A stretch of DNA of 64,000 bases, from contig NC_135813.1 of the NCBI RefSeq assembly GCF_964213995.1, positions 60,264,001 through 60,328,000 on the forward strand. Direction: 5' to 3'. The notes beneath the pieces were generated by a model. The model worked only from the letters and a program-made list of their open reading frames with translations, made no database searches and was not told the origin of the DNA. This DNA comes from Mustelus asterias. Taxonomy: Eukaryota. Shown in pieces: positions 1 to 13,200 of the stretch (positions within the stretch are counted from its first letter, which is position 1; every line of letters begins with the position of its first letter). A program made the position numbers and the translations under genes.

Positions 1-620
1 ATAATATTTTCCTTATGTCACTTTTGCTTCTTTTGCCAATTACTTGAAATCCATGCCTTCTCATTCTCGATCCTTTCACAAATGGGAACAGTTTCTCTCC
101 ATCTACTCTATCTGAACCACTCAATATTTTTAATACCCTTATCATATCTCTCCACTCAGCATCTTTTCTCCAAGGAAAGCATTCCCAACTTTTCCAATCT
201 ATCTTCCAAACTGAAATTTCTCATGCCTGGAAACATTATCATGGATCTTCCCACATTCTCTCCAGTGCCTTCACATCCTTCTTAAAATGTGGTGCCCAGA
301 GCAGACATAATGCTCGAGTTGAGGATAATCTATTGTCTTATACAAAGTTCAAAATAACTTTGTTGCTCGTGTACTTTATGCCCTTAATTAATAAAGCCTG
401 GGATATTGCATGCTTTATTAGCCACTCTCTCAACCTCTCCTGCCACCATCAATTTCTTATGCATATATACATCCAGTTCCCTCTGCTCCTGGACCCCCTT
501 TATAATTGTACTCTTTATATTGTCTCTCCAAGTTTTTCCAACCAAAATGAATCACTCCACATTTCTCTGCACTGAACTTCTCTGCCACTTGGCTGCCCAT
601 TCCACCAGGTTGTCTATGTT
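1..620 (-). mobile_element. Old CR1 relic
   Basis: KFSAEKCGVIHFG remnants in ORF 457..729(-). Confidence 0.75.
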
Positions 621-1190
621 CATTCACAACAGTGACCACACTTTGGAAGTACTTCATTAGCTGTAAAACGGATTGGGATATCCCAAGATTGTAAAAGGCA
701 CTATATAACTGCAAGTTCTTTTGCCACAATGATAACTAAAGCAGTTGAATGGAGCTTAGTGCTGTAGCTGGGTTAAAACAGTATTCCATACAACATGCCT
801 TCTGCAACAAGTTTAGATTGGAAGGCACAAATAATACACAAACTATCAAATTAAACCACCCACACCAAAACTAGACTGATCATTGAGAAGATACAGGCAC
901 AGAACCAGTTTCTAGTTTATGTCAGAACGATTCTGAACATCATGACCAGTGCTCTTCACACATCCTATTAAGCGAAGCAGCAATTAAATCTATTTTGTAC
1001 AAGAAAAACAGTGATCTATTCTAATACACAACTTTGAAATATTGCAGTACAATTCTTCACATAAACGTTGACTTATTTCAATTCACTTAGATAAAATCAC
1101 CACTTTAATTACAATGCTATCCATTTTACTCTGTACAGTAAATACTATGCAGTGGAGCGACATTGTAGACTAATATGGCACTGCCCTTAC

Positions 1191-1261
1191 CAGGAAATGT
1201 CCATGATTGACTTGTCAAATAATTCATGAATTACCACTAGTGGGCGCTTCAGGCAGGTCAG
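1191..1261 (-). CDS. HIRA: HIRA coding exon 10 (LTCLKRPLVVIHELFDKSIMDISW); the gene continues beyond the left edge of the window
   Basis: 71 nt; cacag/gtaagg ends; translated by hand. Exons 1-10 sum to 1007 nt of continuous reading frame. Confidence 0.96.
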
Positions 1262-2329
1262 CTGTGGAAATAGAAAGTAACCATTAAATCAAACACTGCA
1301 AAACCACAAGCTTATGGCTGACTGCCAGTAGATGCTCTTTTGAATTATTAGACCATTGAAAATGATGGGGTAGCACACCAAACCAAAACCAATCAAGATG
1401 CTGTCTAACCACAAATCCTTGCGCTTTTATGTGGTAAAAGCAACAAATTCCCATTGTGAGAAGCTTCATGAAAGATGCACCATCAGTTGGCGGATAATAA
1501 ACTTAAAAGGAAATTAAATTGGGTGCAAATAGGCAAAATTAATTAAAATCGGCAAAATTTGAGAGTGTCTGAAAGGTTTCAATAATTGAGCACTGAGGCA
1601 ACAAAGGTTAACTAGGAGGATCATACAAATGTGTGACAAGCCACTGACTGGAATTCTTTGAGGAGATAATTCATTAGATTATTGCTATTTAATGGATGGG
1701 ACTTACTTGGATTTTTCACAAAACATTTAATAAAACTTTTATGATCAACTAATGGCAAATTGGTTTGTTGGATTAGCTGACTTGCCAAAAGGGCTAATAA
1801 AATGGGACAGATTATTGCAGAGCAAAGGGACTGGTGGAAATTGACAAGAGTTGGCTATTAATCCCTTTACTTTCTTCAGGATTGTTATGAATGAACAAAC
1901 TTGTATTATAAGTAGCGTACAGCAGAACGGTACTGAAAATTAGATTTACAGCATGCAAAAATAAGCTAAAACTTGCTTCATGGAACTCCTGTGAAATAGC
2001 TTGGGACATTTTCTCAAATTAAAACTGTATATAAACGCAAGTTGGTATTGTAATGCGATTCCCATACATTGGAGGTTCTGTCCAAACAAACTTTAATTCA
2101 AGTTCAGTGATCAGTACAGTTTCTCTCTACAACACTTAAAAATGTTCTGTGCCACTTTTCTCAGGAACTAAGTTAAATCCACTAATATCCGCTCATCACA
2201 GCAGCTGCTTGTCCACTTGGTTTACTGTAAAAGGTTTCATAATTTAGAGGAATAGAAACTATCAGGAAGGGTTAAAAATAATTAACCTCAGACAACAACT
2301 TGCATTTACACAGGAACATTAATGTCAAG

Positions 2330-3110
2330 GCACTGTAGAGGACTGTAATCAGACACAAAACTGACAGAGACATACAAGCAGGCTGAGTGAAATCCTACTC
2401 AAAGAGGAAGGTTTTAAATAGGATCTTAAAGGAAAAGAAAGAAATGAAGTGAGGTGTAAGGACCAAATTCCAGAGTTTAGGATCTAGACGGCTGAAGGTA
2501 GTATGCCAATAGGTAGGGTGAAGGAAGTCAGGGAGGACTGAGTTGGAGAGTTGGTCAAATTTGGAAGTTCGTAGGGTTGGAGAAGGTTACAGAGACAGTG
2601 AAGATTGATGGCAGGAAAGATTGGAAAATGGAGTATTAGGAAATGTTAGGAATTAGGCATTAAATCAATATGAGTCAGTGAGCACAGAGGTGAGAAGGAC
2701 TTTGTGGGGATTAAGAAATCAGTAGCAATGTTTTGGATGGGTTGAAGATAATGGAGGGTGGAGAAAGACAACATTAGAAGTGGGGAGTTTGAAGGTGAGG
2801 GTTTTCAGCAGCAGACGGGCTGAGGGAAAGGTGGCTACAGGAAATGTTACAGTGTTTGAAAACAGGTATTTTTTGTGATAGGGAGAATGCAAACGTGGAA
2901 ACTCAGCTCAAGATCAAATAGGGCGCCAAACTTGCAAATACTCTGATTTAACTCGAAGGGTTGGAATCAAGAGTTAGGATACAGAATTTGCAATGGGGAT
3001 GCAGATTAAAGCTTAATTGGATAACATTTCAGCGATTGTAGGACCAAAAAGTGGACCAGCAGACTGAGAACACAGAACTGGTGAAAAAGGATGAGAGGTG
3101 ATGGAAAACA
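2330..3110 (-). mobile_element. Old L2-type LINE 3' relic (similar relics at about 17775-17915, 41225-41760, 42440-42740 and 50230-50480)
   Basis: Purine-rich degenerate text (aattccagagtttaggatctag, ggagaaggttacagagac) recurring in both orientations in the window. Confidence 0.5.
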
Positions 3111-3609
3111 GAAGTTTGATTGTATCAACAGGTAAACAGAGAAAAGTTGTTTCATTAGCTGATGGTATAGGCACGAGATGACACAGATTCAAGGTGGGGC
3201 AAGCAGGGGGACATCAGGAAGAACTTTTCTTACATAGCAAGTGGTAATGATCTGGAACTCACTGCCCAAGAGTATGGTGGAAGCTGGGACAATAAACAAT
3301 TTCATGAGGAAATTGGATGGGCACTTGAGGGAACTTGGATGGTATGGAGTTATAGAACAGGAATAGATAGAAATAGCTGAATTGCTCTACAGAGAGCTGG
3401 CATAGACTCAATGGCCTCCAGTGCTGTGTGCTATTATGACTCTATGATTCTAACAGATGACCACCCTCCAACTTCACCAGTTTCACAACTGGCTATGAAA
3501 TCAGTAGCTCAATGAGGAAAGGTACACACAATTTCAACGTAAAACAAATGCGCTTCCTTATTCTTGAAACGTTATTTAAGAAATAAGGCATCAGGGACTT
3601 AGAACTTAC

Positions 3610-3723
3610 CCAAACAGAGAGCGACCGATCCTTGCTCCCAACTGCACAACAACAATAAGGACAACTTGGCTTATTGGAGCTTCCATTCCGTGGCTTCTTC
3701 TTGAAGATTTTGGGATTAAATTT
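3610..3723 (-). CDS. HIRA: HIRA coding exon 9 (KFNPKIFKKKPRNGSSNKPSCPYCCCAVGSKDRSLSVW)
   Basis: 114 nt; ttcag/gtaagt ends. Confidence 0.97.
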
Positions 3724-4400
3724 CTGAAGATGGGAATAGAAGAGGAAAATTGTCATTGTCAGATCAACAACAGGCAACTGCACATTCAAAGTATTATGAA
3801 GCTGCTAATTCCTCACATCATCTTCGGAAGTCAGGCGTAAAGACTGCTGACTGGAAGAAAGCCCAGACACAACTCAGCAACCATTACACTTCACTATTGT
3901 GGTACCAATGTAAAAAGATTACCTTATATTTCAGAATCTATTCAGTGCTACCACTGCAAACAAATAGGAAGCCTTGGTCATACAAGAGAGTCTGTGCAAC
4001 TTAATGGTTTCCTATCAGTATGTATTATGTTTGACAGTACAACAAACCACAGCGGACTATATATGTTGATTGAAATTTTATTATAACTGCAACAACGAAA
4101 TTGTAACCTGGATGCTGAGAAGATGTTTCTTCTTGTGTGAGTGACTAAAACTAGGGACCCAGTTTAAATGTAAAGGGCCTCCCATATAAGATAGAGATGA
4201 AGAGAATTTTTTTCTCTTGAGGGTTGTTGTGGAATTCTCTTCCCCAGGGAGTACTGGCAGCAAGGTCATTCAATATTTTAGTGCTTTGGAGGTGGACGGA
4301 AAAGTAGAGTTGAGGCCACAATCAAATCAGCCATAATTTTAACAAATGATGGAGCAGGCTACAGGAGCCAAAGTACCGATTCCAAATTCCTATGTTCATA

Positions 4401-5866
4401 TAGAACAAAGAACAAAGAACAATACAGCTCAGGAACAGGCCCTTCGGTCCTCCAAGCCCGCGCCGCTCCCTGGTCCAAACTAGACCATTCTTTTGTATCC
4501 CTCCATTCCCACTCCGTTCATGTGGCTGTCTAGATAAGTCTTAAAAGTTCCCAGTGTGTCAGCCTCCACCACCTTGCTCGGCAGCGCATTCCAGGCCCCC
4601 ACCACCCTCTGTGTAAAATACGTCCTTCTGATATCTGTGTTAAACCTCCCCCCACCTCACCTTGAACCTATGACCTCTCGTGAACGTCACCACCGATCTG
4701 GGAAAAAGCTTCCCACCGTTCACCCTATCTATACCTTTCATAATTTTATACACCTCTATTAGGTCACCCCTCATCCTCCGTCTTTCCAGTGAGAACAACC
4801 CCAGTTTACCCAATCTCTCCTCATAACTAAGCCCTTCCATACCAGGCAACATCCTGGTAAACCTCCTCTGCACTCTCTCTAAAGCCTCCACGTCTTTCTG
4901 GTAGTGTGGTGACCAGAACTGGGCTCAGTATTCCAAACACGGCCGAACCAACGTTCTATACAACTGCAACATCAGACCCCAACTTTTATACTCTATGCCC
5001 CGTCCTATAAAGGCAAGCATGCCATATGCCTTATTCACTACCTTCTCCACCTGTGACGTCACCTTCAAGGATCTGTGGACTTGCACACCCAGGTCCCTCT
5101 GCATATCTACACCCTTTATGGTTCTGCCATTTATCGTATAGCTCCCCCCATGTTAGTTCTACCAAAATGCATCACTTCGCATTTATCTGGATTGAACTCC
5201 ATCTGCCATTTCTTTGCCCAAATTTCCAGCCTATTTATATCCTTCTGTAGCCTCTGACAATGTTCCTCACTATCTGCAAGTCCAGCCATTTTCGTGTCGT
5301 CTGCAAACTTACTGATCACCCCAGTTACACCTTCTTCCAGATCGTTTATATAAATCACAAACAGCAGAGGTCCCAATACAGAGCCCTGCGGAACACCACT
5401 AGTCACAGGCATCCAGCCGGAAAAAGACCCTTCCACTACCACCCTCTGTCTTCTGTGACCAAGCCAGTTCTCCACCCATCTAGCCACTTCCCCCTTTATC
5501 CCATGAGATCCAACCTTTTCCACCAACCTACCATGAGGGACTTTGTCAAACGCTTTACTAAAGTCCATATAGACGACATCCACGGCGCTTCCCTCGTCAA
5601 CCATTCTAGTCACTTCTTCAAAAAACTCCACCAGGTTAGTGAGGCATGACCTCCCTCTCACAAAACCATGCTGACTATCGTTAATGAGTTTATTCCTTTC
5701 TAAATGCGCATACATCCTATCTCTAAGAATCCTCTCCAACAACTTCCCGACCACGGACGTCAAGCTCACCGGCCTATAATTTCCCGGGTTATCCTTCCTA
5801 CCCTTCTTAAATAACAGGACCACATTAGTTATCCTCCAATCCTCTGGGACCTCACCTGTGTCCAGG
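4401..5866 (-). mobile_element. CR1 LINE, 5'-truncated, few disruptions
   Basis: RT ORF pieces 5131-5823 (NYRPVSLTS, DFSKAFDKV, PQGSVLGP, FADDTK) and 4640-4891; (TTTGTTCT)n tail. Confidence 0.94.
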
Positions 5867-7394
5867 TATATAATAAATAAAAATTGGATAGGCTGTATTT
5901 ATTCCCAGATGACCTTCTCCCTATTTGCGATTACAGGCAGTCTGCAGCTAACAAGAACTATTCCTTTCTCTTCATTGATTTTATTAAGTTACAGAAAACA
6001 AAGCCCCAGTTTATTGTTTAGTGCGTCACTGCAGATCCAGTTCCCAATAACTCTGCCTTTAGGACTGCGCGTCAAAGGTATTTAATTAGTTGTAAAATGC
6101 TTTGGGTGCTTTCTGTGGTTGTGAAAGATGCTACATAAGTCTAAGCTTTCCTTTTGCTTTGACACAAGACTGCTTTACCTTATCTTCCCATCACCAATCC
6201 CACACCCACAACAATCCCCAAATGCAAGTCACAATTCTGTACAATTCAGTTGTGTGGCGTTCAATAGCAAAGTCAATCCCCATTTCATTTTTTCTGACTG
6301 CAGATTGATCAGTTGGTGGTTTAAATTAAGTAATAACATAGTTATCTGATGTTTGCATGGCAATGGGGTATTTCTAATGACTGAATTGATATTAGGTATG
6401 CTGGTAAAATTGGTTACTAATATGCAACCACATCTTATTGCAAAATACACACACAAAGGAAGGCAATCTAATTAACAAGAAAAATAGTGTTCAGAGGGAC
6501 CTTCCTTCACAAAAGTGTTTAGTAAAACAGATTTCAATCATGCTGGTGGAGAAACTGATTCATTGCACCATTCTGGAAACAGGTTTTCTCGGGACTAACT
6601 GCAAACAATGAAACGGTTAAACAAGGTATAAATGGAATGATTAAAGAATCATTTTGAGGACAGATTGTTTGGCCAGTGGCTAAGTGGGAGAGTAAAATTA
6701 ATATCCCATTGTGTATCATACTGCAAATAGAAATGACAGACAAAGGAGAAGCTCAAATATAGAATTCGGCAGTCTCCACAAACACCGTGCTCTAACCTCC
6801 TGTCTAACTTCAGCATCATTTATAAACACCCCAAATCAAACATAGGCATCTTACTGCTGATGTCACTGCAGTTATATGCAGCTGGCATTCATGAAAGCAA
6901 AGTCAGAGCAGATGTTCCCTGGAATGAAATGGAAGCTGGGAACGATAGTGAAGGCTTTTTGAAACAAAAGATATCCGAACAATCCAAATCTGCTCTAAGT
7001 CTTTTTTGAAGGTCAAGGCGAATTTATTAAATTACCACGTGATCTGCTCGGCTAATCATAGAATGATATAAAAAAGGAGACCATTCAACCCATTGTGTCC
7101 CTGTCAACTCTGAAAGAATTATCCAATTATTCCAATTACCTTGCTCTTTTCCAAGAGTACTTCAATTGTCTATTCAATTTCCTTTTGAGCATTACACCGA
7201 TTGTGAAAATCTAGTTCATGGTTTATCTGTTTTGGAATATAACTTTCAGTATTAGGAATACTTTTTTTTGGTCGGAGGTTGAAGTGTTAAATGCAAGGTA
7301 AGTGGACATCTGGTTGAGAAACTGGTAAAATAGTATTTTAATAAATTAATAATTTAAATTATTAATAATTAATAAAATAATAATAAAACAAAAT

Positions 7395-7414
7395 ACAGAA
7401 ACTTTGTTAGCCCT

Positions 7415-7446
<32 letters not shown>

Positions 7447-7952
7447 ACACTACTAGAGGGATGTGGATGCTTTGGAGAGGGTACCAAAGAGGTTTACCAG
7501 AATGCTGCCTGGTCTGGAGGGTATTAGCTATGAGGGGAGGTTGGATAAACTCGGTTTGTTCTCACTGGAATGACGGAGCTTGAGGGGCGACCTGATAGAG
7601 GTTTACAAGATTATGAGTGGCATGGACAGAGTGGATAATCAGAAGCGCTTTCCTCAGGTAGAAAAGTCAAGTACTCGGGAACATAGATTTAAGGTGCGTG
7701 GGGGAAAGTTTAGGGGAGTTGTGCGAGGCATGTGTTTTACAAAGAGGGTAGTGAATGTCTGGAACACGCTGCCCGTGGAGTTGGTGGGGGCAGGTGCATT
7801 TGCGGAATTTAGGGGCATCTAGATGAATACATGAATAGGATGGGAATGGAAGGACATGGACTCCAAGTGCATATGGTTTTAGTTTAGGCAGGCATCATGA
7901 TCGGCACAGGCTTGGAGGGTTGAAGAGCCTGTTCCTGTACTGTCTTTGTTCT
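7395..7952 (+). mobile_element. CR1 LINE 3' fragment
   Basis: RGDLIEVYKIM...VVNVWNTLP; tail tctttgttct. Confidence 0.88.
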
Positions 7953-7999
7953 AAAACAGCTCTGATATACTGCACTTTAGGTAGCCTGTGTTTACCTTG

Positions 8000-8220
8000 T
8001 GTTTAATGTTCCCTCCACCCACATTGTCTGTACATTTAAGACCTGGCTGGCTGTAGGATTCGCATTCTAATCAGTATTCTGCAACTTGATTCTGTCTGTT
8101 TGCACTGTTTGAGAGCAGATTTCCACTCCATCTGACGAAGGAGCAGTGCTCCGAAAGCTTATGGTATTTGCTACCAAATAAACCTGTTGGACTTTAACCT
8201 GGTGTTGTGAGACTTCTTAC
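8000..8220 (+). mobile_element. Solo PLE pseudo-LTR with hammerhead motif
   Basis: Homologous to 62992-63190; TSD TGTTTA(C/T)CTTG at 7989-7999 and 8221-8231. Confidence 0.85.
8128..8164 (+). ncRNA. Minimal type-I hammerhead ribozyme-like motif
   Basis: CCAU-CUGACGA-A-GGAGC(AGU)GCUCC-GAAA-GCUU-AUGG: core, stem II and stem I are present, with a palindromic AGCU stem III. Confidence 0.75.
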
Positions 8221-8369
8221 TGTTTATCTTGCAAGTCAGAGTTGATCATGAAAAAATTTGAACAATGAATGATCCACCTCTCAGCTTCTAATGGAGCCAG
8301 GGGTCTGGAGGAGGGTCATAAAACTCTATTAGCAATATAATTTATTCATTTTACAGAATCAAAGAATTG

Positions 8370-9889
8370 TGCTGCAGGTATGATAATTAGTTTACATTTC
8401 TGTTGTCAGCATGTCACGTGATCATAGCTAGAGCAATTCAGGGTGGAGCCTCAGTCAGAAGGTTATTTTGTGTAATGTATCTGTGTGTGTTTGCCACAGG
8501 ATCAGGCAGTTCGGTTTGGATTTCATGAAGATTTGCTCTATCTTGCAGCTAATAGAGAAATTTTCATTGGTCCCCACAGGGCCTTGCAGCAAAGTTTACT
8601 TGGAAAGCTGTGGAAAGGCAGTCAAATATCTGCCAGCAAACCAAACCAGGAGCTGAGATCTGAGAAGGAAAAAAGTGGAGGGCCGCATAGCCAAGAGCTA
8701 TAGCCAACATGTAAAGAACCTCTACTCAGTCTTATCTAGAACCTTGAGGGAATTAAAGCAAATGCTCAAGGGTTGTGGCAAACCTTTGTGCGCGTCACTA
8801 AGAAGTAATGAACCTTCAAAATTGTTGTTATGGAATTATTTAAGAGGATTAAAAAGTAGAACAGAGTTCATAATGCAAATAAATAAAATCTGTTGTTGCA
8901 AATGTCCAGTTCATCATTCATATTAGTATTTTAGAGGTAATGTTTAGTTCTGGAAAGGTTACCGCAGTGAAGGCAAGATAAATAAAATGCGGGGCTTTAT
9001 TGATTGCCAGAACATCTAACAAAGACAGTTCAGAAGGTTACCCATGTTTGTTTAAGAGAGTCAGAATAGAAGACATAGAGCTATAAAACAGCAAGTGGGC
9101 TTACTTGTCTAGAGAAATCATAAAGGAGGGATAATTAGCTTAAAGGTTGACTGAGGATAGTCCTAATCAGGCTATGTGGTCAGTGAGATTGATGGAGCTT
9201 AGGAAGACTCTCTGGTTTCAGTTGATCCTGGCTGCTGGGTAAAGTTTTTAGTTGCAGTTTGGACCACGTGTGGTTTGCAACTCACATAGAAGTTAGCCAA
9301 GTTAAACAGCCCTGCACTGTAAGCAGCGTAAAACACTAATTTCATCATTGACCATGTTCCGAAGGCAGGTGAGGCTTATTTCAGTTTGAATCTTATGAGG
9401 AACTGAAGCTGGAAGACTGCCTCATTCGAATCTGTTAGGTAAGTCTACAGTAGGTCTCACACTGTCCTACTGCAAAAGAAAGTAACAGGCAGATTTGCGT
9501 GGAAATATTGGAGAAGTAAACAAATCAAGAGACTGAGCCCTTCAAAGTCAAAAGAGAATAAATTAATGTTTGAACTCTGAGGATAACTGAAGCTGAGGAA
9601 CATTCTCCAGAGACTGTGGCATACTTAGAGATGGTCTCTACAGTAGTAAATAACTTTAAGATTGATGTTTGTTGTGAGAATTTGTGGGAGAAGTAGGAAG
9701 TAAATCAGAGTGTGTCACATATATAGTTATAAACCATATTGTTAAGTTAATAGGCTTTGTTTTGTTTCAGTATTTTACATACAATAAAGTTTGTTTTTCA
9801 AAAAAGTGAAATCTTGTGCAGTTCTATTGGTTAAAACAAGGCATTGGATTTCTTTTTAAATGTTAAAGGTGCCTAACTGGACAGTAACA
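8370..9889 (+). mobile_element. Possible old solo LTR
   Basis: No ORF; AATAAA...GTGAAATCTTGT...GTAACA 3' layout shared with about 21385-21492; left boundary uncertain. Confidence 0.35.
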
Positions 9890-10164
9890 ATATAGTGTTA
9901 ACTCTGCTTACTTTGCTTCATTATTTTTTTGGTATACAATAACATTAATGAATGTGAAATTATTTGGTATGGCTGTGTTGGTTAATTGCTGGGTATTTAG
10001 ATTTATTCTTTGAACATTAACACAGGCCATGATAGGATTGTATACGACTCTTTCAGACAGAGCCATTCCAGATCAAAACTCACTGCGCAAGTAATGTGTT
10101 CTCTCATGTCAGCTCTTTCTTTTGCCAATTACTTTAATTCTGTATCCTCCAGTTACCTACCTTT

Positions 10165-11265
10165 CTGTGACTGGAAACATAAAGGTGACAAATGCACATG
10201 GGATACAGGGTAATTTGATGAGGTGGATTCAAAATTGGCTCACTTGTCGGGGACAAAGAGTGATGACAGAAGGTTACTTTAGTGACTGGAAGCCACTAAA
10301 TCATTCGTCATTTATATAAACAACATAGATGAGTATGTGGCGGGGTAGGATGAGTAAGTTTGCGGATGACACAAAGATTGGCCGGATGGTTAACAGTGAG
10401 GTTGAATGTCTCAGACTATAGGAAGATATAGACGGGATGGTCAAATGGGCAGATAAGTGGCAGATGGAATTTAACACTGGAAAGTGTGAGGTGCTACACT
10501 TCGGAAGGAATAATTTGATAAGGAAATATTCAATGAACACTATGTCACTCAAGAGATTCTGAGGAACAAAGGGACCTTGGCATGTTTGTCCATAGATCCG
10601 TGAAGGCAGAAGGGCATGTCAGTAGGTTGTTGAAAAAGGCACATGGGACACTTGCCTTTATCAATCGAGGCACAGGTTGCAAAAGCAAGAAGATCATGTT
10701 GGAGTAGTATAGAACTTTGGTGAGGCCACAGCTAGAGTATTGTGTGCAGTTCTGGTCGCCATATTATCGGAAGGATGTGATTGCACTGGACGGGGTGCAG
10801 AGGAGATTCACCAGGATGTTACCTGAGATGGAACATTTAATTTATGAAGAGAGGTTGGATAGACTTGGGTTGTTTCCATTGGAGCGGAGAAGACTGAGGG
10901 GCAATCTGATCGAGGTGTACAAGATTATGAGGGGCATGGACAGAGTGGATAAGGAGCAGGTGTTCCTCTTAGTTAAGGGTCAGTCACAAAGGGACACAAG
11001 TCCAAGGTGATAGGCAGAAGGTTTAGGAGGGATGTGAGGAAAAAGCTTTTTACCCAGAGGGTGGTGTCGGTCTGGAATGCGCTGCCTGGGAGGGTGATGG
11101 AAGCAGGTTGCATTACATCCTTTAAAAAGTATCTGGATGAGCACTGGGCCCATCATAACATTCAAGACTATGGGCCAAGTGCTGATAAATGGGATTAGGT
11201 AGGCAGGTTAGGTAGTTCTCACATGTTGGTGCAGGGCCTCTTTTGCACTGTATGAATCCGATTCT
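10165..11265 (+). mobile_element. CR1 LINE (HER1-like) 3' fragment
   Basis: KFADDTKIG and VRPQLEYCVQFWSPY...; 3' end resembles the V-SINE tail. Confidence 0.88.
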
Positions 11266-11269
11266 GAGT

Positions 11270-13200
11270 ATCCTTGTGGCAGATTTGTTCAACTGCACAG
11301 TTTGAGAGCGTGGGTGTGCATCCAGGGTACATGGAGCAGACTGGTCAAAATGTTACATGTCGTCTTTACGGAAGACCAAAGTAACGTCAAAGAATGTGAC
11401 AGTTCTACTTGCTTCAAGTTTGGTAATGATAACATGTTGAAATCACTACAAAGAATAGTAATTCTGTGTAAAATAGCAGGGATAAATCACTATCAGTGCT
11501 GATATGGTATCAAGTGAAATACTGTTAAGTAAGCCTTCAATGAAAATGGCACAAATAAAGTTGTGATGTGGAGATGCCAGCGTTGGACTGGGGTAAACAC
11601 AGTAAGAGTTTTAACAACACCAGGTTAAAGTCCAACAGGTTTATTTGGTAGCAAATAAAGTTGGACATGGAGCATAAGTGATTTGTTTTTGGTAAATATG
11701 TAGATTTGCAATTAACAGACTCGTGTCATTTCTTGTATACCTTTAAGACATACATCTCTCGACAGAATGTTATAGGAGCATTAATGACTGCTGGGGATAG
11801 GAATTTAAGAGGGGAACCAAATTATTACCAATCTACATTGACAATTTGCACATCCCTTTGGCTGTAGATTGAAGATTCTGTTAAAGGATGCAGAGGTACT
11901 GGATGAGGAATACACTTGTTGATACATTAGTGAAAAAAATGATATTTGGAATAAGTACAGGAGAATGTCATGCAACCAGTTGTAAGTCCTCCATTGGCAA
12001 GACTTCAATGAAACTGCAGCAGTGATGGACCTCAAAGTATGGGATAGGAAATAATATTTTTCCTCTACTGTAGACATAGTGGCTAGATTTATTCCATCAA
12101 TGGTAATTTTTAGTAAAGATAAAAAATTATCAAAATAATGGAAAGATGGATAAGAACTGGACTGAGAGCACCAGTCCATTTTTAAATGGATAGTGGGGAA
12201 GAATTTGTCAATGGTGAATTCAGGAGTATGGTGCAAAAATTTGAATATTGTAGCAATGCACACAGCAGCAGAAAGTCCTTTCAGCAACGGGATATGAGAG
12301 AAATCATGCCGTTAATGACACAATACTCAAGATTTTACAACTGAATTGTGAACTGACAATTGCTTTAGCGTGGGCATTACATATAAAAAAAAAGACGCTC
12401 CAGATGGCTGGGGGCTACAGCCTCATCACTTAGTTTATAACAGGGATCCGAAGTTGCCTTGAATGACATTGGACCATCCACTGGCTGTAGAGGGGACTAC
12501 CATTAGTTCAATTTTTGCAGAACATTCGAATGTCATGTAAGGAGGAAGGAGAGCATTTATGGAAGTGGACTTTTCAGGAGAAAAATCAGGAGTGCTTTGA
12601 GGTATCAAATCATGATGTCAGAAATGAAATTTAAGCCTGGGGACAGAGCATATTATAAAGGAGAGGCCCAGGAATAATCTTGCAACATGGGAACCAAGCT
12701 TTAGAGTACATTCCATATGCCTTACTGACACTGATTACCACATTGAAAGAACCTGAACAAAGGATGGAAACTGAAGATCTCATGAGTATAAATGGTCAGA
12801 AGGAGATTTCAAAAATAAATTAGGTTGACGGCAAGTCACCAGATGTCTAATTGTTTCAGCAAAAAAAAACTGCTTGTCCAAAGAAATTATTGAATATTCT
12901 TGAGGAGGGACGCTTTGCATTGGTAGTGGATTATGAGAACATGGAAATTTTCATTATTGTAATTTTTTTTTGTTTTCAAGATGGGCGAAGGGAATATGAA
13001 GTATGTTAAAGATCATATACATTATCTTATTACCATTTTGTACATTTCCTGATGAATAGTTTTTTGACTGCATATCAATTTAATTTAAAGAGGGGAATCT
13101 GTTGGTATCTAACAGGTTCAGTTGACGGGTATTTTTTGTATTATCATTGAAGAAATGAATGTTGTTAGCATACCTTCACACCCACACTCCCTTTTGGGGA
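11270..13200 (+). mobile_element. Ty1/Copia (GalEa-like) LTR retrotransposon relic with RT largely deleted
   Basis: Protease-like CFKFGNDNMLKS...LSKPSMKMAQIKLD; integrase MHTAAESPFSNGI (12256) and ALAWAL..., AVEGTTISSIFAEH; RNase H-like end at about 12825-12910; purine tract then TGTTGG at 13100; domain order PR-IN-RH. Confidence 0.7.
11564..11651 (-). mobile_element. 88-bp PLE 3'-tail retrocopy inserted in the Copia relic
   Basis: Matches the reverse complement of about 63140-63228; 12-bp TSD CAAATAAAGTTG at 11552-11563 and 11652-11663. Confidence 0.85.

Noticed and set aside
11505-11517. TGGTATCAAG as a tRNA-Met primer-binding site
   Set aside because: Falls inside the protease-coding remnant (DMVSSEI), not next to an LTR end.
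11805-12287. 160-aa minus-strand ORF
   Set aside because: Antisense shadow of the Copia integrase relic.
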